Origin: an uncultured Pseudomonadota bacterium
GTDB lineage: Bacteria; Oederibacteriota; Muellerivitia; Muellerivitales; Muellerivitaceae
Reading direction: 5' to 3'
DNA length: 64,000 bases
Assembly (NCBI GenBank): GCA_963836235.1
Contig: CAWIIP010000004.1
Location: forward strand, 480,001-544,000
A program made the translations under genes and the position numbers. The notes under the pieces were generated by a model. The model did not search any database, had not been told where the DNA came from, and was given only the letters and a program-made list of their open reading frames with translations. How positions within the stretch are numbered: the first letter of the stretch is position 1; every line of letters begins with the position of its first letter. Shown here piece by piece: positions 8,571 through 17,662 of the stretch.

Positions 8571-9992
8571 ATGGAACCGATTTTGCTTCAAATCCCTGTC
8601 GCCAGGATAAGACCCAACCCCAACAACTCCCGCCCAGTGATTACCCACGAAATGATCGAGATCAAGAAAGCCTCACTCGAGGCCGACGGCCAGTTGGACC
8701 CCATCAAGGTTCGACCCCTCACCCAGGAGGAAAAGGCTTCCGACCCGGAGCATGACTATGAGCTCATCGGGGGCCATATCCGGCTGGAGGCCGCCAAAAG
8801 CCTGGGCTGGGAAACCTTGAGGGCTTTGGTCTTTGCCTATACCCCCGCCGAAGCCGTCCTGCCTGGCATCATGGACAACAAGGGCCAGGAAAGGCATTGG
8901 TTCTGTAAGTACCTGGATATCGAAGTCTTGTTGAAGGTATACCCGGACCTCTCCCAAAGACAGCTGGCCAACCGGCTGGAAATGAGCAAAACCGTCATAA
9001 ACGAAGGTTTAAAACTATTAAAGTTCCTTAATCCATCCGCAAGGGAGTTGGTTGTCCGCACTGCGAACATAACAGAGCCTGCTACGACCTCAAGTGTCCG
9101 CAGTGCGGACACTACGGAACCTTCAAAAGCCTCAGATGTCCGCACTGCGGACACCATGGAGACGCCAGAAGACCCATGGGAGCTGGCGGAAGCCCCCGTC
9201 TATTGCCTCATGGACCTGGCGAACCCTCAAATGTCCTTGGAAGATATCCAGGACCTCATCTTAAAAGCCTTAAAAGTGGTCATTGACCGTCAAATGAGCG
9301 AATCCCAGGTGGAAAAACTGGTCGTTTGGATTGAAAAGGGCAACAGCCCCGAAAGTTTTGAGGATAAGGCTGAGCAGGTTCCTAACGAGGACCCCAACGA
9401 CCCCCATTCCTCTTATTGGACGGCCCTCCCCCCAAACGTCAAGGTAACCCGGACCAAAAAGGGATATGAAGTGCACGCCTCCCTGGCCCATAACGAGGGA
9501 GTACCGGTGGTTTATGGGATGTTGTCGAACCTCGAACACCTCAAACTGTTGTCGAAGGAACCCCATGACCCGCAATTCCGAAGCAAGCTGGAAGGGGTGA
9601 TGGAAGAGGGGAGAAAAGCCCGGATCACCGCGAGGGAAGAGGTGGCCAAACAGGAAGCGGAACGCCAGGCGGCCCTTCAAGCGAAGGCCCAAGCCAAGGC
9701 CCGAAAGGTGGAAGCGAAAGCCCAGAAAGCTGCCGCACGGAAACAGGGTAGGCAAACAACAGCCGATTCGGCCAAGCCCACTTTGACAAATGGGGAAGGG
9801 GAGGGATTTGTGGAAAAAACATCCCGGGTAAGCCTATGGGTTCGAATCGCGGAAATACTGAAGCAAAAGACCGGCATGGATGGGGGTGATGTGGTGGATG
9901 CCGTCGAGGGCAACCTTTGGAAAGACCTTAAGTCAGCGATTAATACCGTCATTAAGCAAATCATACGACGGTTTTTGAAACGAGCGTTTTAA
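8571..9992 (+). CDS. ParB/Spo0J-like protein: N-terminal ParB domain, HTH and long C-terminal extension; no parA adjacent
   Basis: IRPNPNNSR, SLEADGQLDPIKV, YELIGGHIRLEAA and MDN motifs; HTH LSQRQLANRLEMSKTVINEGLKLL; GGAGG RBS upstream. Confidence 0.85.
   Translation: MEPILLQIPVARIRPNPNNSRPVITHEMIEIKKASLEADGQLDPIKVRPLTQEEKASDPEHDYELIGGHIRLEAAKSLGWETLRALVFAYTPAEAVLPGIMDNKGQERHWFCKYLDIEVLLKVYPDLSQRQLANRLEMSKTVINEGLKLLKFLNPSARELVVRTANITEPATTSSVRSADTTEPSKASDVRTADTMETPEDPWELAEAPVYCLMDLANPQMSLEDIQDLILKALKVVIDRQMSESQVEKLVVWIEKGNSPESFEDKAEQVPNEDPNDPHSSYWTALPPNVKVTRTKKGYEVHASLAHNEGVPVVYGMLSNLEHLKLLSKEPHDPQFRSKLEGVMEEGRKARITAREEVAKQEAERQAALQAKAQAKARKVEAKAQKAAARKQGRQTTADSAKPTLTNGEGEGFVEKTSRVSLWVRIAEILKQKTGMDGGDVVDAVEGNLWKDLKSAINTVIKQIIRRFLKRAF
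9053..9178. repeat. Three tandem 42-bp units, each starting with the 17-bp palindrome TGTCCGCA-S-TGCGGACA (candidate parS-like sites)
   Basis: Palindromes at 9053-9069 (one mismatch), 9095-9111 and 9137-9153; they encode VRTAN / VRSAD / VRTAD. Confidence 0.9.
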
Positions 9993-10047
9993 GGAAATGG
10001 TTTTTGACCAGACCACTTCAATTTTGGTTAAAGGACTCGTTTGGGAC

Positions 10048-10079
10048 GCGAACCCCCGCTGAAGGGGTTCGCTCCTTTT
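10048..10079 (+). terminator. Probable intrinsic terminator after the ParB-like gene
   Basis: GCGAACCCC-7 nt-GGGGTTCGC followed by TCCTTTT. Confidence 0.55.
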
Positions 10080-10543
10080 AACCCATTGGTCCGGGTAGAA
10101 AGGATTCGCCAGGCCGGACACCGATTTTCAGAGTAGTTATAATCTTCGGAACATTCGGAAACTTCTGCTAATCAACAACCTGACGAGAAGCTTAACGAAT
10201 CAAGACGTGGCTGTCTTCGGCACTTGCATTGCGGCCTCAAAAGCGGTATCAAGATTTAATGTGGGGATAGCTTATATGCCCGGGGTGGCCTCCGGGTTTA
10301 TGGCCGCTTTGGGGGAATAAAGGGGCGTACTTGGGGTGATGGGCGGAAAGAGTAGTTGGTGTATGGTTCACGGATTGTTATCATCCCATGAGACGTTTTT
10401 CTGCCAAGCGGGACTGAACGGGTATAAATTTTTGACCTTAATGGAAAATCGAAGCGACCCATGAAAAGCGGGCGGAAAATCGCAGTACTTATTTCAGGAC
10501 CAATTTTCAAAACTGATTACCGCAGTATGAACCGGAGTTTGTC

Positions 10544-11889
10544 ATGTTAAAAAACGAACAGACATACACTATTATTGATCATTCGAAATTAAAATTTTAC
10601 GTGTTTGTTCTTTTCTGTTTTATGTTCAGTTTACGATTACTCATCATTTTATGGCAGCCAATGAGTGACAAATACTACAGCGATAAAAGTTATGACATCA
10701 GTGAGTTTTTTCACGGAGGACAGTTAATCAACCATGGTATTAATCCATATAATTGGAATGATAATCCCCAGGAAAGATATAAGCTTCATATGGAATCTTT
10801 TCCAAACGATCCAATGATTCCAACTTCGCAAGAACAGTGGAATTTTCAAACGAGTGCCAATTTACCGTTGACACTCATTTTTGATGCAGCATTAGATAAA
10901 TTATTTCCCAATAACCCATTCATATTTCGCATAGCCTTTGCAATAGCCGATTCCCTGGCTGGTGTATTTATTTTTCTTTATATCATTAGGTATTGGGAAA
11001 TTGTTCCAAATTTTAAAAATAAATTATTTATCCTGGGGCTTTGTTGTCCGCTGATATTTCTTTATGAGGGAACCGTGTGGGGCGAGGATAAAGGTGTTCA
11101 AATCCTTTTAATGTTGATGGCAATTTATTACAGCCGCTCCTCGAATAAAATGATCAGGTTATATCTAAGCCCAATCTTTCTCGGTATGAGCGTCGCTTTC
11201 AAAGCAATAGGCATTTTTATCGCGCCAATATGTTTGTATTATGTCTTTATTGAAAAAAATAATGCGAAAACGAAGAATGTTTTAAACTATTTAATGATTA
11301 GCCTTTCCATTGTGCTTATAAGTTTAACCCCCTTTTTCCCAGATGAATTTACGATGATAAAAGTACGCTTGTCAAAGGGTCTTTCCTGTTCTGAGGGCCC
11401 ATTTTCCGCTTCCATGTGGAGGATATTTTGCGAATTAACGCCAACCCTATGGCTTCAAATAAAATTATTTTTTTCATTATTTTTTATGGGGTTGATCTTA
11501 TATGGCTTTGTGCGTCGGATTTTTTCCTTGGAAATAATAACAGCGTCTTTACTTTTGTTGTTCGTGGTGGTTCTTCTTATTGATGGAGGCATGGACCGTT
11601 ACAATATGGCGGTATTAACGTCTTTGGTTATCATGGGCCATAAAAATTTAACCTATGTTTTTTGGCTTGGATGGTATTACATCCTTGGCGGAGCATTTTT
11701 GTTTTTTACTTAGCATTAATAAAAATGCATAAAGTTTTCCCTTTATTCCCTACATTAAGCTTTTTAGGTCAAGATTATTTGGAAAGCTTGCTTTTGCTCG
11801 GATTTATTTTTTTATTTGTAATTCAAATGATTTCATTTTGTTTAAACTCAAATAAAATCAATGCTGAACAATATTCCTTTTCGAAGTAA
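10544..11889 (+). pseudogene. GT-C/GT87-like membrane glycosyltransferase split by a frameshift near its 3' end
   Basis: ORF 10544-11713 (GINPY, NLPL, LGMSVAFK) continues in another frame to 11889; one extra T in the T run at 11702-11707 would join them. Confidence 0.6.
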
Positions 11890-11901
11890 ACATTTGTCGT
11901 C

Positions 11902-11927
11902 AATGGCGACCCATTCGGGTCGCCATT
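11902..11927. terminator. Perfect 11-bp hairpin between convergent genes
   Basis: AATGGCGACCC-ATTC-GGGTCGCCATT. Confidence 0.5.
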
Positions 11928-12104
11928 TGGGCGAGTCTCTAAACCCCACGGTGTTGCGAGGTGGGGCCCCTGTCCTCCTGTTAATTTTTATCCAGTTTTT
12001 TGATGATATGCCCAATAATTAGGGATTCATACTGGCCACCCAGCGGCAATGGTCCCCCTCGGGGTGATACACTCCGCCGCTTCGTCCACGCAAACGACTA
12101 AACT

Positions 12105-12188
12105 GCGGCTATCCACAGCATTACCCACAATGTTTTCCACGAATGATTTCAAACGCTTTTAAACTCCACAAGGTTTTTGATGATGGCC
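12105..12188. repeat. Direct repeat copy A (70/84 nt identical to 13524-13607)
   Basis: Ungapped manual alignment; weaker similarity continues to about 12210. Confidence 0.85.
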
Positions 12189-12241
12189 CGGCGGAAAATC
12201 ATTAAAAGGATTGTATGGTTAATCAAACGCTTAATTCCGTT

Positions 12242-13474
12242 TTAAAATTTCCACGGCCGGGCGATAGGATTAACTTCCATCGTCCGGACGACCATAACTA
12301 AACAACAAAAAGTGGTTAAAAACCAGGTTCCCGCCACCACCCAGTCATAGGTGTGAAAAACGGCGTCGTGCTGTCCCCCAACCATGGCTAAACGAAACCG
12401 ATCGGGGCACCATGTTAAGAATATGCCGAGAATCAGCAAAATTTTAAACCATTGATCCTTAAAGAAGGACTTAAACAGGAGCAAGGTCGGAAAAATCAAA
12501 AACACATAATTCGTAATTTCATTGTATACAACGGTCATCGCCACAAAAGAAAGCATGCTCAAGATTAGTAGATCGTCCGTCGTTCTATTCAAGAAACAAA
12601 TCCAGGCCGCGGCAGAAAGCAGAATTACGGATAGTAAGAAAGGTAAATACGAAGGGACATGAAGACCGCTGGATGCAAAAAAGGCAAAAAAATCAAGATA
12701 GCCTCCACTTAACATGTCTGAATCGAGTTTTAAAACTTCCGCGATCAGAGTAAATGGATTGACGTTGATCCAAAAGGAAACGAACAAGTGCAAGCCCAAG
12801 TGAACCGCTAAGGCGATCAGCAAAGGGCGGAATTGCCTTTTGTAAAGGAAATAAAGAGAGAAAGGAATCATGACTTGCGGTTTAATGAATGATAGGGCCA
12901 GGAAAAACCCGGAAAGGTTCGGTTTGGTGTCGAGATACCTCAACGCGTAAGAGAAAAAGCAAAGACAAAATATTGATTGTTGACCGAAACCGACAACGGT
13001 TCTCCAGGGGGAACCTATCAAGAACAAACAACAAATAGATAAATAAACCTGGAGCGGTCTTTTCCCTAAAAAGGTCTTGAAAACATTAAAAAGGGATAAA
13101 AAGGTGAACAAAAGATTGGACGCCAACCATAAATATTTCGCCGCAGTCCAGGGGAAGGCCGCGTAGGGCCATAAAAGCATATAGCCGGATGGAAAATAGT
13201 GTGGATCCTGAAAATGCGGATCTTGATAAGTTGGATCATGAAATCCCTTGCGTTTCGTGGTTTCCGAGATTTGATGCGAGATGCAGATTTGATACGGATC
13301 GTTTCTATCCAATAAAATTCGGGCCTTGTCCCATTCAAAATCCATGCTATCAATAGGTTTCGAAGTTGCGTCGTGGATTCCTTTTGTGCCGGCCATCGTT
13401 GCCAGAAAAATTAAAATGACCGGAATGATGAATTTGTATTTTAAAATAATTGCATCAACTTTCTCAGGCATCAT
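12242..13474 (-). CDS. GT87/DUF2029 membrane glycosyltransferase
   Basis: DFEW, DPY, HYFPS..LLWPYA, FGQQSIF, LALSFIKP; multi-TM. Confidence 0.85.
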   Translation of the reverse strand: MMPEKVDAIILKYKFIIPVILIFLATMAGTKGIHDATSKPIDSMDFEWDKARILLDRNDPYQICISHQISETTKRKGFHDPTYQDPHFQDPHYFPSGYMLLWPYAAFPWTAAKYLWLASNLLFTFLSLFNVFKTFLGKRPLQVYLSICCLFLIGSPWRTVVGFGQQSIFCLCFFSYALRYLDTKPNLSGFFLALSFIKPQVMIPFSLYFLYKRQFRPLLIALAVHLGLHLFVSFWINVNPFTLIAEVLKLDSDMLSGGYLDFFAFFASSGLHVPSYLPFLLSVILLSAAAWICFLNRTTDDLLILSMLSFVAMTVVYNEITNYVFLIFPTLLLFKSFFKDQWFKILLILGIFLTWCPDRFRLAMVGGQHDAVFHTYDWVVAGTWFLTTFCCLVMVVRTMEVNPIARPWKF

Positions 13475-13523
13475 TCAGTTGTTTTCCATTCCTATGACCG
13501 TCAATCTGAAAACTTCCAGCAAA

Positions 13524-13607
13524 GCGGTTATCCAAGGCATCACCCAGAATGTTTTCCACTGATGATTTCAACCTATTTTTATCTCCACGAGATTTTTGAT
13601 GATGGCC
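13524..13607. repeat. Direct repeat copy B
   Basis: Matches 12105-12188. Confidence 0.85.
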
Positions 13608-13721
13608 ACCGGTAAAACCTTAACAGGATAATACCATCATCCCCTTGAGAATAGTTTTCTAACGGTCAAATTACATCATCCGCCCAGTCAGGGCGGTGTT
13701 GGCTTCATCTTATTGATCGTT

Positions 13722-14633
13722 TTAATCAGATCGGCTTCGCTGGGATAAAATTCTAAAGAAGGCTTTGGCGATTGAAATGATTTCGTTGGGCCATAGAAAT
13801 GGAATGAGCCGAAAGCGTTTTTTGAGAAGGGCCATTACCTCGGCTGATTTTCGCTCATGAATTGCCTCCACGAGTAAGTTGGTATAACGCCTGCCTTTGA
13901 AATAAACGGCCGCGCGCCATCCGAGTTCCTCACGAATCCGGTCATAATGGCGCAGATAATTTTCTAAAGCCTTTGTCTTATATTCATAGGCGTTTTTGTT
14001 CAAAGAAGTATCGAGGTGGACTAGGGCCAGAACTTCAGGGATCACGGCCAGTTGAAAATCAAAAAATATCCTTTGGAGGAATTCATCATCCTCGCTGTCA
14101 CGAAATTCGGCTACCAAACCGGCTTTCATCAGGCAAATTCGCCGGAATAATACGATCGGAGTCAAAAATCCGATCTTATCCAGGACGAATTGACGAAGCG
14201 TATCCCGCTCCCAAGCTTTTCGGGGGCTGTAAAAGGCCGGATGATGGGTATCCCCGTTTTTGATGATTTTGGCCCCACAGAAGCAAACCCCTATCTCCGG
14301 CGGTTCCTTCTCCATTCTTTCCACCTGCTTGGCCAATTTGTCGGGCAGCCACTCATCGTCGCTGTCAAGAAACGCGATATAGTCACCTTGAGCCGCTTTC
14401 AACCCAAGGTTGCGGGCGGCTCCCGGCCCCTGGTTTTTCGGGTTAATAAGCCATTTGATTCGGGTGTCTTTTTCAAGGTAAGGTTTGACGACTTGTCCCG
14501 TTTTATCGGTCGAGGCATCATCGCAGATGAATATTTCGATGTCTTTTAAGGTTTGATTTTGAGCGCTTAGTAAAGCCCGTTCAATCATCGAGGCGCGGTT
14601 ATAAGTTGGAATGATCACCGACACTTTTGGCAT
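13722..14633 (-). CDS. GT2 glycosyltransferase
   Basis: VSVIIPTYNR, DDASTD, ARNLG, FLDSDDEW. Confidence 0.92.
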   Translation of the reverse strand: MPKVSVIIPTYNRASMIERALLSAQNQTLKDIEIFICDDASTDKTGQVVKPYLEKDTRIKWLINPKNQGPGAARNLGLKAAQGDYIAFLDSDDEWLPDKLAKQVERMEKEPPEIGVCFCGAKIIKNGDTHHPAFYSPRKAWERDTLRQFVLDKIGFLTPIVLFRRICLMKAGLVAEFRDSEDDEFLQRIFFDFQLAVIPEVLALVHLDTSLNKNAYEYKTKALENYLRHYDRIREELGWRAAVYFKGRRYTNLLVEAIHERKSAEVMALLKKRFRLIPFLWPNEIISIAKAFFRILSQRSRSD

Positions 14634-14985
14634 TTAAAAGGTTCCGCCCGCAAGTTGATGGACTAATTCTAGCCCGGCCATTATCCTTCGGAATTTCATC
14701 TTCGGAAGAACGAAAAATATTTATTCTTGTTTTCCGCCGCCGCACCGCATTCGGTTGCGGGAAATCCTGAATCGATAAGGGCTATTCCGGAAAAAACCGC
14801 AAATTTTGCAAAGGCCTCCAGGATCAAATCGCAAGGAATTGCTTTCAGAAAAACCCGATTCAGGGAAACCGTGCCGGATTTGATATAATTAAAGAATGCG
14901 AATGGGACTATCCGGGAAAAACCTTGCTTTTTTCAACTTTCTCCGGGAATATTGACGAAGATTCAACCACAACGCCTTCATTTGA

Positions 14986-15987
14986 ATGAGCGAAATCAGG
15001 AGAAAACCAGTGGATTCACCCAAAAATATCATAAAGAAATTGTCCGATAAATTGGGTTATGAGATTTCACGAAGACCCAAGAATTATTATAAATCAACAA
15101 TAAACCCATCCGATAAATCCGACCTAAAAAAGAATGATAATATCAATATCATTCAAATAGAAACTATTAGTACCTGCAACGCGACTTGTTCTTATTGTCC
15201 GCGCGGTGTATTTCCGAAATTAATGAATAAGAGGTTTTTAACGTATGAAATATTAAACCGCGCTTTGGAATTGGCTAAACAAGGTAACGCAAAAGTTATG
15301 GTGCTTCACCATGCCGGCGAACCTTTTTTGCATCCTGAATTAGCGGGGATGGTAAAGGTTGTCCGAGAAGCGGGTTTTTTCGCGCATTTATCCTCTAACT
15401 TAATTAGCTTTAACCCGGTGAAAATAGCCGATGTCTTAAAGGCGGGTTTAAACGAGTTTGTAATCCACTTAAGCGCGGGGCTTACAAAGATTGATCTGGA
15501 GGAAATGCTCAAGAGAATACACGAGGTGAGACGGTTAAATTGGGAGCTTAGGAACAATGGTTGTAAAATTGTCGTTACTTTCGTGATGAATGAGGACAGC
15601 CCAGCGGCGAACTATTCGGAGTTCTTAAAAAGCAACTATTTTGATGACTCTTTGCCTATTAACTACATACAAGCCCATGATTGGCCGGAACTCATTTCAC
15701 TTAAGAATAAGGGAATCGATCCCAAGAAATGTAATTGGTATAAAACGCGTTCCGCTTCTATTTTGGCGAACGGAGATTTAGTTATTTGCTGTCTCGATCA
15801 GTTCGGGGCCTCGAAAAAAGTCAATATTATGGATATAGACAAACTTTCTTGGGAATATTTAAGTAATCGGAATTTATGCAAAGGTTGTACGCAATATAAA
15901 TCGATGGATAATTGGATCGAGAATGAATGTTTATCAGTTCCTGATTGGCTATCCGCCCGACAAAAGTACGATTCTTGGAAAATGTAG
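14986..15987 (+). CDS. Radical SAM protein with SPASM/twitch domain
   Basis: CNATCSYC (CxxxCxxC), GEPFLHP, NGDLVICC, CKGC. Confidence 0.88.
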   Translation: MSEIRRKPVDSPKNIIKKLSDKLGYEISRRPKNYYKSTINPSDKSDLKKNDNINIIQIETISTCNATCSYCPRGVFPKLMNKRFLTYEILNRALELAKQGNAKVMVLHHAGEPFLHPELAGMVKVVREAGFFAHLSSNLISFNPVKIADVLKAGLNEFVIHLSAGLTKIDLEEMLKRIHEVRRLNWELRNNGCKIVVTFVMNEDSPAANYSEFLKSNYFDDSLPINYIQAHDWPELISLKNKGIDPKKCNWYKTRSASILANGDLVICCLDQFGASKKVNIMDIDKLSWEYLSNRNLCKGCTQYKSMDNWIENECLSVPDWLSARQKYDSWKM

Positions 15988-16067
15988 CCACTGTAAAAAT
16001 ATTGACCGGCCTCCGTTATGCTTTTCTCATCTCACACCATAAGATTTAATCAATCCGGCCCCTGCCA

Positions 16068-17600
16068 CTATCCTTCATAATTTTGTCTCCGGAAGTATGA
16101 AAAACATTTATTCTTGATTTTCGCCGCCTCGGTTCTGCCTTCCTTTGTGGCTAGTCCCGAAACGATGAGGGTTATTCCGGACCAAGCCGCCAATCTTACA
16201 ATGACCCCCAGTTTCGAATCGCAATGGATGGGAAAGAAACCCATTAGAATGCCCATGGCACCTAAAGCCGACGCAACCGGCAATAGGTCATGAAGCATCC
16301 AGGTTTTGTGGAGGCCCGGCAAAAAATGATGATGAACCAGGGGTACCCAAGCTAATAAATATAGGAGGTTGACCAACATCCAAGCAAAGGAGGCCCCCCG
16401 CATGCCGTATTGGGATACCGCCCAAGTCATGGCGGGAACCAGGACCAAGAGGAAAAAAAAGGATCCCCGCATGAGAAAGCGTAGATCCCCGCGGGCCACT
16501 TGCAAGACATATTGCATGTCCGAAATCGCCAAGAAAGCGTAACCCAACCCGGAGAACGCCAGTACCGGGGCCGCCGAGACTGAAAGGTCCATGTCGCCCG
16601 TCCAGACCCAAAGGATACTCTGGGGATATGCCGCCAAAATCACCGCGGCCGAACCCGCGAGGACGGCGACCATCCGCGTGGTTTTTCCGTAAAGGAACAA
16701 AAAACCCGAATCGTCCTTTTTCGACGCTAAAAGAGTCAAGCGGGGAATAACCGCCTGGGTGATCGCCCCCATCATCATATGAACCCCGGAGGCCGCCAAT
16801 GCCGCCACGGAGTAGTAGGCGTATTTCGACAGGGGCAACAGCCGGGTTAATATCAGCTTGTCCGTTTGGGACGTGGCCAACCAAATCAAGGATAAAGCGG
16901 ATGAGCTTAAGGCGAAACCCCGGAGATCCAAAATGGGCGCCAGGGACCAAGACCGTTTTTCTCCCTGGGGCCAGCCCGGAAGAAGCCGATGAGTGACCGA
17001 TCTCAAAAAAAGCAATTCAATGGCCGCCATGAGCGCCTGGAACAGGAAAAAGTTCCTTGGCGTGGCCCCAATAAACATGAAAACCGGGAGAACGCCAATG
17101 AAACGCAAGGTTGCCATGATGACATTGATGATATTCAGCCAAACCTGTCTCTCGAAACCCGCCAGGATGCTTCGGTAAATTTCAGCGGGCCAGCGCAACG
17201 CGAAAACAAGGCCCATGAGTACGATCGCGGTTCTTACCTCCTCCCATGAGAGGGCCTCAATCTTCAGCCAATGGCTCGTGATGAACCCTGATAAAGCGGC
17301 CACGGCAAGAACGACGGCCAAACCGGTTCCGGAAAACAAGAGAAGAATCAGCCTTAAAAGCGACCGGAATTCGCCGGGCTTCACGGCCCCCCCACGGTAA
17401 CGGGCGGCCACCCAGGCGAAGGCTGGCGTCAAACCTAAATCCAGCAAGGCCAACCAACCGCTCAGTACGGCATAAAAACCGACAAGGCCATAGGCTTCCT
17501 TGCCCAAGTAACGTAAAAAAACCGGTACCATGACCATACCGATGATGGCCGTATAAACTTTGCCAATATAGTTCGCCACCACATTATGTTTGAGAGACAT
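16068..17600 (-). CDS. wzx: Second Wzx-type flippase
   Basis: LGKEAYGLVG, LDLGL, QTDKLIL, YGMRGA; multi-TM. Confidence 0.88.
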   Translation of the reverse strand: MSLKHNVVANYIGKVYTAIIGMVMVPVFLRYLGKEAYGLVGFYAVLSGWLALLDLGLTPAFAWVAARYRGGAVKPGEFRSLLRLILLLFSGTGLAVVLAVAALSGFITSHWLKIEALSWEEVRTAIVLMGLVFALRWPAEIYRSILAGFERQVWLNIINVIMATLRFIGVLPVFMFIGATPRNFFLFQALMAAIELLFLRSVTHRLLPGWPQGEKRSWSLAPILDLRGFALSSSALSLIWLATSQTDKLILTRLLPLSKYAYYSVAALAASGVHMMMGAITQAVIPRLTLLASKKDDSGFLFLYGKTTRMVAVLAGSAAVILAAYPQSILWVWTGDMDLSVSAAPVLAFSGLGYAFLAISDMQYVLQVARGDLRFLMRGSFFFLLVLVPAMTWAVSQYGMRGASFAWMLVNLLYLLAWVPLVHHHFLPGLHKTWMLHDLLPVASALGAMGILMGFFPIHCDSKLGVIVRLAAWSGITLIVSGLATKEGRTEAAKIKNKCFSYFRRQNYEG

Positions 17601-17662
17601 ATGATCCTATTCGGAGCCGGTTCAATAGCAGTGGCACATTGAAAGAATAGAAGAGTTCATTT

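Noticed and set aside
8288-8755. 155-aa plus-strand ORF overlapping the ParB-like start
   Set aside because: Out-of-frame overlap with a gene that has a good RBS; no recognisable motifs; not ParA (no Walker A)
9053-9178. The 42-bp repeats as a mini CRISPR array
   Set aside because: Only three 17-bp repeats, spacers related to one another, in frame within a CDS, no cas genes
10200-10400. Possible decayed flippase fragment (LWGNKGAYLG-like text)
   Set aside because: Similarity too short and interrupted by stops to support a call
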